A DNA stretch of 64,000 nt from contig NW_002060949.1 of the NCBI RefSeq assembly GCF_000150275.1, positions 30,672 to 94,671 of the forward strand, given 5' to 3'. The first letter of the stretch is position 1; each line of letters starts with the position of its first letter. This stretch comes from Trichoplax adhaerens. Its lineage: Eukaryota; Animalia; Placozoa. The notes below the pieces were generated by a model. The model was not told the DNA's origin, did not search any database, and was given only the letters and a program-made list of their open reading frames with translations. This document shows, one piece after another, positions 1 to 10,698 of the stretch. The position numbers were made by a program, and so were the translations under genes.

Positions 1-1185
1 CTTATAAGAATTTTTGCGGATAATCCATTGCCAGGCATAATACTATCGTATCGTATTTTCTAATAGCTTTAAGCAATTTTTATCTAATGAACGAAATTTC
101 TCATCAATACTTGCACTTGAAAGTATCCATTTGTGTAATTCCGCTAAAGTTCTCATATACTCTAAATTAATTTTAGTAATTAGTCTTGGAGGTATGAAAA
201 GCTTCTATAAGTTATGCTAATGTGCTACGATAATCTATATCAAAGCCGTTTTTACTGTACTGTATACAGGACAATTGTTGTCTTTGGGCAATCCATTTGA
301 AGGATAAATCTAATAGAGTTGTAATATAATCTCCAATAAGATAAAAAATGATATAATTATATTAAGGGGAAAATAGCGCAGCTTTATGCATATATTTGAT
401 AATAAAGCTATAGAATAGATTTAAGGAGAGCCCACATAATAGTCTTTACACTTAATTACTATAGTATATAACGCATTGGCATTTTCTCCGTACTGTAATA
501 TAAAATTCACGTGTCCCAGCTCTTAACTTCCGGGTTTCAAAACAGAAAAAGCAAATATAAATCCAGCTAGGATAAAAATAATGGAAAATGTATTGGATGT
601 TTCAGATATTAATAATTAAGTTACCATATATATTATCGACAGCTTGTAGAATAGATTCTGGAATAATCGCTTCTATAGTCTCTAGATTATACTATTAAAC
701 TTGTATTTCTTCAGTAATACACTGTATTCAACAGAGAGGATGAGTTAGCTCTATTAACACACAAGACAGTTACGCGATAGGCCTACTATAGTTATTGTAG
801 TTGTAGTAGATTTAATTTACTCAATGAACCTTACAATATAAACGGAGGTGTCATAGGGGTGTATAAATTGAACTATTATTTCTAATCTATTTTATATATG
901 ATAAAATTATTATTATAGCTCCACTATTATCATATAACCTAGGATTACTAAAAAGGTTAAAACATTCTAAAAGTGACTTGAAAAGAGGATCAAAAAGTTA
1001 ATGATGTAATCATAATCGAGATGATCGATTTATTCCAATATTAACCCTGAACTCTTGTAATCAATATTATACTTGAAAAGATTTTTGATATATTGTACAA
1101 TGCACTTATATATTGTAACATTTTTTCACTATAACTGCCAATTTATTGGTTAACTTCTTAATCGTTTTCAAAATTACTTTTGTAG

Positions 1186-4100
1186 CTATACGATATCGAT
1201 GGAACCGAACTATGTATAGTTGCAACCAATCTCAATTTTTTATCTATGGAATATTTTCATCCTAAAACCACTCCTGATTTTCCTATTTATAAAGCGGTTC
1301 GAATGTCTATGTCTATACCAGGTCGGTTTATATTTAGTTGCATGAGTAGTTAAATTCGAACAGATTTATATATTTTGTTTATTAAATACAGCTAAGAACA
1401 TCTAAATTCAGCCCTCTTCATGTTATGATCGAAATTACGTCATAGCATCGTTTTCTACTCGTATATTAGTAACGATCAAGCAATTTTAAAAATGTTCCAT
1501 TGCTTAAACACAACATTTATCCTAGTTCAATAACGTGGGTTCTACTTTCTACGTGGATACGCTATTTTTATCCTTTCAATAAGATATAATTTTCTTCAAT
1601 TTTTTCAATTAATTCAAAATGTAACCTATTTCTCATTTATTTTCATTAATTAATTCAACTAACAATAGTATTAGTTTACTTTCAAGGGAATTATTTGATT
1701 TTTAATATTGTATAATAGTAAATTTTAGCGATACTCGTATTTGAAGGAAGGGATTGCAACACCTTTACTCTGTCTTGTTGTATTATAAATTCTGAACATG
1801 TTGTGGTAAATAAATTATACAATTTTTACGCTTACTTAGGATTAGGTTTAGGCAGACTTTCCTACGTAGTGGAGTTCTATAATTTAATATTGGTCTTTAT
1901 ATATTTATACGTATTTATTATTTTAAGAAATTATTCAATATACAACAGTAATATATAAGAAATAAAACTGCATAATGTGAAATGTTACCTCTCATGTCTA
2001 GTTTTATTCCTTACGTATTACTGCTCTATATTGAATAATTTTTGAAATAATGATTATATACTGATATATAAAAATCTGTATTGAATTATTCAATTCGTAT
2101 TTACATTTAGAATCCTTTATATGCACAACAAATATCATTCTTCTAAGTTTACAGGCCAACTTATGCTCCAGGGCTTGCTTGTACTCGCTATTGTTCGATC
2201 ATTTCATTAGCATAATAATAATAATTTTTAACCTGTTATTCCATATTAGACATATCAATAAGTTGATTACCTGATGTTGTTTTCGTAATCTCGAATTCCT
2301 TTCACCTCTTGTTGTAACTTTAGGATTGCGATCAACAATAGCGTAATAACAAATGATGACAAATAATTATACTAGCATGCAGTGATAAATCATAATACAC
2401 TTGCCAGTATAATGATCTAGATGCCTACTTTAGTCACAACATCTTAATAGCAAGAGGACAATGGATAAAATTATTTAGTATCATTCTGATATTGAAATAA
2501 TTTTGGATCTAGTTACATAGGATAAAAACTATGAACTAATCTTATTTCGTTTATTTTTAATCCTTTATGTTGAAATTTATAAGTATTGCATCTATTAATT
2601 CTCGAATATTTATTAGTTAAAGTGTTACTTGATCTATTTATACTTGTGTTAATTTTTTAAGAGTTTAGTGAAGGCAAGAAAATTGCCAATACAAGTACTG
2701 AAGCATTTAAATCACTTAAACGACATCCTATAGCTATTTCTATTCAATTGTATTAATTTCTTTGAGTTTTTACAAATAGAATAGAAAGCTCTGTTTATAG
2801 TATTATCGATAAAATCTAAAAGCTTAGTCTTAATACTTTATAGAACAAGATAAAAGCTCTGAAATAAGTTGAACGGTATCTTTAATTATTATCTAGCTCG
2901 ACAAAGACTGATCCATACAACTCTTTAGTCCAAAGCAATGGGAAAATTTTTGACGAATAACAAATAAAATTATAATCATAACATGTTGCTATTTACTTTA
3001 ACTAAAACTGAAAAATAAAGTCCGAACTAAACCTTACCATTTGTTCCTGGATGTTTTCTATTAGCTTGTTTACATTTGATAAGCCCTCTATTATTAAAAT
3101 GATATATTATATTCCTTTTGTAATCATATTTTTACTAGTTTTTGCTGATAATAAGATCTTGCATATCATAGAATTTTACTGTATTCAATAGTATACTATA
3201 TTTAGTCAATGTAGAGATATATGGATGAATCTACAGATTTATAATCAATACTGAATCAACTATATTCCTCATCGATAACCAAAGCATTTACAAAAATAAT
3301 TGGAAAATTGTTTTATTAATAATATTAAGGTCATGCACACTGTAAAATAGTACTTTACAAAGTAGCATACTCTATTGAACTATCGTATTGATGGAATATA
3401 TTTTATAGATATGAGGATGAATCTATTGGTCTGCGGCTTTAGTGGATTACAATATGCATGATTAATAACCATAATAAGAATTTCCTGCAAGGATTATTTA
3501 TGCCATTTATCTTAAAAATAGGCTATTATGAGGCGGTTCGAGTTAAACATCATCGAGTTAAAAATGATGACTGTATTATACGAAAGAAGAAAATACCTTG
3601 TTGTCTATACTGCTGTATATGCTGCTCTAATTGGGGTGAAGATTCAGCTAATTATGATTTGTATATTGATGGTGGTGTTGGATGTAATTACCCTATCCAT
3701 GTTTTCGATGGTAAGTATAAAATATTTCATTTTTTGGAGGCTCTATATGAGCAATTAATATTATTTATAAGTAAATACGATGGGATTGTAACAGCAGTTT
3801 CCCTAATACTTTTTTCTTAAAGTGTCAAATTACAATGCATATTTCTCTATAGTAAAATATTGGTAGCCTATAAATCTGTTGCTATTTTTCGCCAATTTTA
3901 CTGATTATAATGTTCAAAATTAGTGAAATAGAATGCGCTAGTTAGAATTTTAAGTATAACAGCTTAATTTCTATGTATAGAACGAATATTACAAATTTAC
4001 GTAATAATAATATTAATAATGACAACGATACTAGGGTGGTGGTTGTCCATGGATGAAAAAGATCATTTTGTCGAAAGAATGCAACCATTTACGGATATGG

Positions 4101-7100
4101 ATCGATTTTACGATGTTGAAGATAGGTTTGGAATGACACCTAATCCTAAAACTTTAGGTTTGATGCTTGTAAGTTTATAATTTAATATGATAAACATTTC
4201 ATTTTCTTATTTTATTTCTAGCTTCTATTTGTATAGAGTTATGCCTTTTTATGGTAACATTTCGTACAGTCTTTATATTCATTCAACATAGTTGTGTCTC
4301 CGTAAATATAATCATAAAAACTGTTACGTAAAAATATTCATTTATTTCAGTAGTTTCAGAATGATTGTGATAATTGACTATGAAATATTTTCTATGGCTT
4401 ACTTATGCATATTAGTATTCTCCCTACCGTAATGGAATGTTTTGCAAAGTTTTATCGACTCGAGAGAAAAAATTATTTGGATCGTTAGCAGTTCCTAAGA
4501 AATTTATATCTGAGCATTCAAAATTAAGGTAACAATTCAAAATTTTATGTTTAAAATTGTACGAAAGATTTACTTTTGCTAGGGCAATATTTTATTCCTG
4601 TTTAGTTATATAAGCTGGTAGGAATACTTAATATGCAGTAATTTAAAGACTTGTAAGTCATATTATCAACATTATATCAAGTAAAAATTACACGGAAATA
4701 ATTATTACTGAATTATGGTTATAATACAAGTTTAATGCAGTACAGTTGTAATTGTCCTTAATATGGCGCAGATTTATTATTATATTAAGATCTTAATATT
4801 GTGAATATAACAATTGAAAATATCTTGCTTGTTAATTTGCTAGTTTACGAGCTGAGAGTATTCGCGACAAGAAAGATAAAGCACTTGCCGCATTTAGTGA
4901 CATTGTTCAGGTAAATAATATTGATAAAACATGTAATATCACTTAGCGCGCTGTTATATTGGATAAATTAACTAGACATTTTGGTTTACATCAAATTGAT
5001 CGATTTACTTTAATGTTCCATAATATTGGAAAAGCACTATAAGCTATTCTGATTTTGATTAAAATATCTTGTTAGGTTTTGGAGCCTTGTAAAATAATTG
5101 TGGATGGGACAACATGTTACCCGCTTTATGAAGCAAAAGAACTCATTCGAAGAGTAAGAATAAATTGATTTTATGTTTTTTAACCCAGTTTAAATTCACG
5201 CAGGAGTACAATGTGAACGTATATGTTCGTAAGATGTAGAAAAGGGAAAGAAAGAATGCAAACTAGAGCTAGTACCACATCATAGGGGTGTGGCTTGGAT
5301 AATTTAACAATTTTTACTGGGTTAAGAACATAGTTTTCGTATAATTTCGGTACCGCAGATTATAGACTTCTAATTAGGGTTTATTTATCATCTAAGGCAT
5401 TTATTTTAGTCGAAATCCTTCTTAACTAAATTAATACTGAGAGATATAGAAGCTGCAAGTTAATATTATTATACATTTAATTTATGTAGGAAATTTGTAA
5501 ATATAATATGAAGTTGATTATTATGTATACGTGGGTAGATATCAATGTGAACCCTTATATTCTGTGTTTACAAAGCAACTTACATTTCAAAAATTTGTTA
5601 CCAGTATATTTAATTTTGGTATGACTAAATTGTTGTATTCAGTATATGATATTCACAACGTATTTTCCTTCCTCCATAAAGACATATAAAGATCAAGAGC
5701 ATTTCATACGATTAGTATGTCCAGAAGGCCTTGATAGTCTTTTAAAAAGACTTGAGGATTGCCAAATAGAAGGAATGGTAATTTAATAATTATTATTTAA
5801 GTTTAAAATTGAATTTTTTTCTACTGTAGAGCAGCGTTATTCCGTTTTGACTCGTACTATTTGTAAATTAAACAATAACATAAAGCATTAGTCCCTTTAG
5901 TGCACGAATATCGCTGCAATGCATTCAGTCCTTAATAATAGCATCCTTTTATCTTAGTTATCCTTACGATATTTGCAAAAAAGCGTTTTGGAGCAAGAAA
6001 ATTTTATCGATTTAAAACATGATCATCTTGGTTACTATCGAACTGCAATTAAAGGGCCAGCACAGTTTGCCATAGCAACAATAGTAAGTTCTTCTATAGA
6101 TTGAAGAGAGACAAATGTGTCAGACTGCCGACGGGCTGCTATATCACTTTGATACAGCCCATATACACTTAAAGTGCTGGTATAATTTATCTTTATCTTT
6201 TTCTATAGGATACGTTATTACTAAACGGTAGAAGTCGGTTTTTAAAGGTACGCATATGTGTTACATGATACTGCATCGATCTATATATTATGCGTAAGAT
6301 AGGACATTTCAAGATTTTAAAGCATTTTACAATGTTTTTGTTATTAATTTAAATTAATGGAGGATATGCTCCTGTAGTACTTTATAGCAATTCTAATGTC
6401 TGGATTTGTTTTTTATACAGTCTAGTGACGTAAATCGGTCGATAGGTATTAATACCTCGTATTTAAAAGCGACCAATGGCAACTTAGCTAAGGATGATAA
6501 AGAATTTCTTAAAGAGGTAACATTGATCGCTGATAGTAATATGATAATAATATAACACTGTGTAATTAGTGGAATACCGAGCACCAAAATTTCTTTAACT
6601 ACTTGAGACATCGAAAGCCATAAAGTACGTGCAGTTATTTATTATTTCATGAATCGGAATTGAGATGACACAAATTATTTGATTGCACGGATTTCTAGAA
6701 GATCAAGAATTTCTCAAAGTAACTAACCTATTGTGGGTAGTAAGGCGTTGCATGATGTTAATGTAGCCATGTGTTAATGTGCTTAATAAGATAGTGGATA
6801 AAAGAAACCTGCTTTGTCACTTATGGATATTAGAGTACAAAGCATTTTTGGTTATGGATATCTTTATTGATTGGAATTACAATGAAATAATTTATATTTC
6901 GTAAAGACGTAAAATACACTATTTGATAGTAAATATGTGATAAAAATGGTATTACTCTGCGCGATTCACAAGATGACGAATTACAGAATTTGCAATCTAC
7001 TTATGACACGAAAAATAGCACGCATGCAGTTGTGCATTATTTTATAAATTTGTATCTCCACGATTTAATTTGTATATCTTCAAGAGGTACAATGCACGGT

Positions 7101-7705
7101 ATCGTTAGCAATAATGAAATGATTATATACACGTAGTATTTTATGATTGTTAATGTAGGACTTCAAGGGTTTCTTGTCTACTTGATAAGGTTCCAATTTC
7201 ATAAGGGGGATAAAATTAATCATTAAATAATGGTATGATGATGACATAGCTTGATACGATTATATAATTATCTTTGCCAAATAACGAGTATAAGAAGCTT
7301 CTTCAGTTTATTTTATGAATATCAAAAGTATTAAATACATCCAATTCTGGATTAGATTATTTTATAAATCAGATTTGTAATGAAAGGACATGTATTCGTT
7401 ACGCGTAAGGACTACTGTGAAGTGCGATTTACATTTTTGCTGGCCTAGGAAAAAATAGTATTCCAGTCTACGTTATAGCCGAAAAGGAACATTGCTTTCA
7501 ATTATTTCTCCTATTCGAAAGTGAATATATTGCAATATTAAATTACTAATTGGATGTTATTTAATTGATGATATTATAGAATGGTCAGCGGGGTATAATT
7601 GCTTTTTTGCATTATTACTTAAAAGAGAAAGGAAGAGTGCAACAAAATATTCGAACTTATGGCAGAGTCATTCAAGTCAGATCCAAAGACGAAACTTCCA
7701 TATAG
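1186..7705 (+). CDS. Patatin-like phospholipase, 3' portion (multi-exon; 5' exons with GxGxxG/GxSxG not found in window)
   Basis: GT-AG exons join in frame. 1186-1321 LYDIDGTELCIVATNLNFLSMEYFHPKTTPDFPIYKAVRMSMSIP(G); 3492-3710 GLFMPF...LYIDGGVGCNYPIHVFDG (catalytic DGG motif); ~4035-4168 WWLSMDEKDHF...PNPKTLGLML; further exons near 4416, 4843, 5076, 5682, 5958, 6210 and 6421 (RSIGINTSYL); last exon 7580-7705 ending TAG. The 'CIVATNL...AVRMSMSIPG...DGG..NYP' pattern is typical of patatins. Confidence 0.85.
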
Positions 7706-8336
7706 CGGTTAGAACTAATCAAGCATTTGATAACTTGCTATGATTTCATCTAGCCTGGCTAATGGTTGCGAAATTTTATATTTTTTGTCTTTATTAGCCT
7801 ATTAGCAGTTGGTATATACGAATATACAATAGGACACATGTGCAGGAGGCTCTGTTATACCTTTCTATATTGGCCATTGACTTATGATATAAATCATGAT
7901 TCTATAATATTATTTTTCTTGTTATTAACATCGCTACTAAGCATTGTAGCATTCATAAGTCGGTATATATATAACATACATAACGTATATACCGATTATG
8001 CTATCAGGATTTCTTCGTCTCGTTGTAGATCATTGATACCGAGGATTTGATTTAATTAATGTTTAATAATCTTCTGCAATAACCATTTCTTCATCTAAAT
8101 AAAAGAAAAGAGAAAATCTTAATTTATTGTTACTTTTTATATTATTATAGTAAGAGATATCTATCTGCCAGCGTGTATGAAAACAATTCAGATTTGATGT
8201 CGGAACTTTCGATTTACTCCTTTCAGCTCAGCTTCCAAGTTGGAGTATTCAGTATTATCATGCTCTTGAAGACTGCCGTGAAATACAGTTGTTTCTATGG
8301 CAAGAACAGCAGTATCTTCAGGCATGACTGCAAATT

Positions 8337-8392
8337 AGACCATCCGAAAATATCAGACTATTGTAAGTAGTTTCAATATTTTCGGATGGTCT
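8337..8392. repeat. Perfect 17-bp inverted repeat forming a ~60-nt hairpin
   Basis: AGACCATCCGAAAATAT (8337-8353) is the exact reverse complement of ATATTTTCGGATGGTCT (8376-8392). Inner GACTA/TAGTT and outer ATTAG/CTAAT extend the stem. Confidence 0.9.
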
Positions 8393-8679
8393 CTAATGTA
8401 CTTTGTACGTTGTACAGATATATATATAAATTAAGGGGCATTTGCTTGATTGTCAATGATTTGTTAAACTTCGATCATTCAAATCATATTCTAACGCTGC
8501 ATATAGTGATATGAAAAAAATAGAACTAACTTGTATATTAAAATAAACTAGGTTACCAATTTTGATTAATTATAATTATATAGTATATAATTAATTAGAT
8601 ATTATATGGGCCAATTTGGGTTTTCGAAGGACTGTACGTGTCGTAGCTTCTACCATTACTGTTTTAGTACAGGTGCTGT

Positions 8680-9505
8680 ACCTCGGTAAGGACTCCAGTC
8701 AAATCCTGTATTTTTGTCTTCGTCAAGGACAGTCGAGGGACAGGGGCTAAACGTGACGTAGTGGTCCCAAACAGGCCAGAGTCCCGCTGGGACTCCAGGA
8801 CAAAATAGAAAAATTTATATTTTGTCTTTGGAAGACAGGGACTCTCGTAGCAACCCTGCGCTGTGGTTGGCCTAGAAAGGTCATGTGATTCTCTACAGTA
8901 TTTCACACGTATAGTACTGTAGTTAAAACTAAAAAATAATTAATTAATTTAATGCAGTATAAAGACTACATTTGAGGTTCATCATTTTATCATATTGATT
9001 CAAATGGATAGCGATACATGGTCTAGCGATCAAGAGGTCATCACGCGTCCATCTTCACCTAGATGGACCGTATCTAAAATTAAGAAATTAATTGCTGAGG
9101 TAATCGTAATTGTCAAGGTATGATAATTTATATACTAAATATAAGTATTAATGTGTAGTACTTTAATAATATTAACGGGTATAGGTGGCTGATCATGAAG
9201 TCCTATGGAGGGTTTGCCACCCTAGATATAGGGATAGAACGGCCAAGGCCGATAATTGGCGAAAAATTGGCATGGAGTTGTATGACATTAACGGTACAGT
9301 ACCACTCTACTGAGCTACCAAAAATGGGAACAGCTACAGTACTGTATATATGTGCAAATGTACAGTACTAAAAATTTCATTAATTTTAATTTGATTGTAA
9401 TATTTTAATTTATTTATTAACCAGGTACAGGAATATAGATGACGTCATCATCTGTCTTGTCTCGAGTCCTGTCCTGCAAAAAGTTCATCGTGTGAATGCA
9501 CCTTA
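8680..9505 (+). mobile_element. PIF/Harbinger-like DNA transposon remnant (non-autonomous; left end not resolved)
   Basis: Contains a spliced MADF/Myb-SANT gene fragment. Ends in ...CATCGTGTGAATGCACC (9502) followed by TTA, which resembles a Harbinger terminal inverted repeat with a TWA target site. GGACAG/GACTC-type motifs cluster at 8690-8850 and 9450-9477. No matching left TIR or transposase was seen. Confidence 0.6.
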
Positions 9506-9818
9506 AAAGAGGCCCTCGCTTATTTACTGTAGGTGTCCAGCTGTCCATGATACCGTAGTATACATTGTACAATGTACAACTGAGTGATAATTATCATAAT
9601 TGTATGTAGGTATAGTGTCCTATTCAGTAGTACGATAGCATAGACAAGGACTGCTAAAAATAAGATAAATGGATTATGAAAAAAGTGTTCGAGCATGCGT
9701 AAATCTACCCATCTTAGTAGATGGCGCGAAAATGGTTCCTTGCAAAAAAATTCTTTAATTATTTACATTCATTGCTTCTGCTCCGAACCGTATAAAACTG
9801 GAGAAAAATCACATAGGT
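8949..9818 (+). repeat. 870-bp segment duplicated at 63131-64000 (copy 1)
   Basis: TTAATGCAGTATAAAGAC...TCACATAGGT matches 63131-64000 at offset 54182, with no differences seen by eye. Confidence 0.95.
9004..9438 (+). pseudogene. Truncated MADF (Myb/SANT-like) DNA-binding domain gene, copy 1
   Basis: Exon 9004-9099 encodes MDSDTWSSDQEVITRPSSPRWTVSKIKKLIAE and exon 9185-9293 encodes VADHEVLWRVCHPRYRDRTAKADNWRKIGMELYDIN. It then stops, either after GTGI via acceptor 9424 or on read-through. It matches the MADF pattern LI.EV....LW......Y.DR..K...W..I..EL but lacks the third helix (W..LR). Confidence 0.75.
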
Positions 9819-10698
9819 CACTCAGTGCATTGCATTTCTATATAGTCCTAAGCTATAGGATCATAATCAGCATCACTTGACGTATTTAAATTGATTGTAC
9901 ACTTATTGAACTATATCGTTGACAATTAAGTTGAGTTGATGTCTTACTGAATCGTTAGCGGAGAAAAATTCATTTTTTTTTTAAATCGATCCATCGTACC
10001 GTCTTTTACAGAAAGAATGGTGGCGGTTGATAGGTTGATATATAGCGCTGCTCTGTGCTCTAATCTATCAAATTATATAGTATCTATACAGTAAACACTA
10101 CTGTACGGTCTGTTGCTAGTAGTAGTACTAGTAACTTGACGAATTACGATTCCTGATGACATTGGAATTACTACTCCTTCCATGATTTTTTTTTTACCGC
10201 GAAAATATTGGCTATGCAGTATGTAGAGTACAATCATGATACAATATAGTGCTAGTTCTCAAAACAAGTGCAAATGCTTATACTGTATTATGTGGCTATT
10301 GAATTCTACCTGTACCACTACCATGGGCATGGTAGGAGACGAGTTGGCCAGCGTAAACTTAACGCTGTTCTTGATACGCGAACAGCTCTCATAGTAAGAC
10401 AGTAGAGTATGAATTTGCGGTATGGCTCCGATACAGTACTCGACGGCTGGACCAGTTACAGTATGATGATTCAGCTCACGCTCCACGACAACTGCATCCC
10501 GGACAAAAACTCCATACTTACGGCATACAGTACAGCTTACTGTACAGTATATACTGTACAGCTTTTAGACAGTTCGAGCCAAACGTATTAGTACTGTACA
10601 CTGTACAGTAGAACTCGTACGGCCTGCCCAGACCGTCATCGTTTCTTTGGTAGTCATCTTAAACCATCTAGCGCCACTTGATTGGAGAAAGGGAAGCC

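Noticed and set aside
1-1185. Candidate 5' exons of the patatin gene
   Set aside because: No AG-GT block yielded GxGxxG, GxSxG or DITF motifs in a compatible phase.
7766-8050. 94-aa hydrophobic ORF after the patatin stop
   Set aside because: TTG start, AT-driven F/I/L/Y composition and no recognisable family. It probably lies in the 3' UTR.
8431-8442. TAAGGGGCATTT as the left Harbinger TIR
   Set aside because: Only a partial match to GGTGCATTCACACG, and similarity does not extend.
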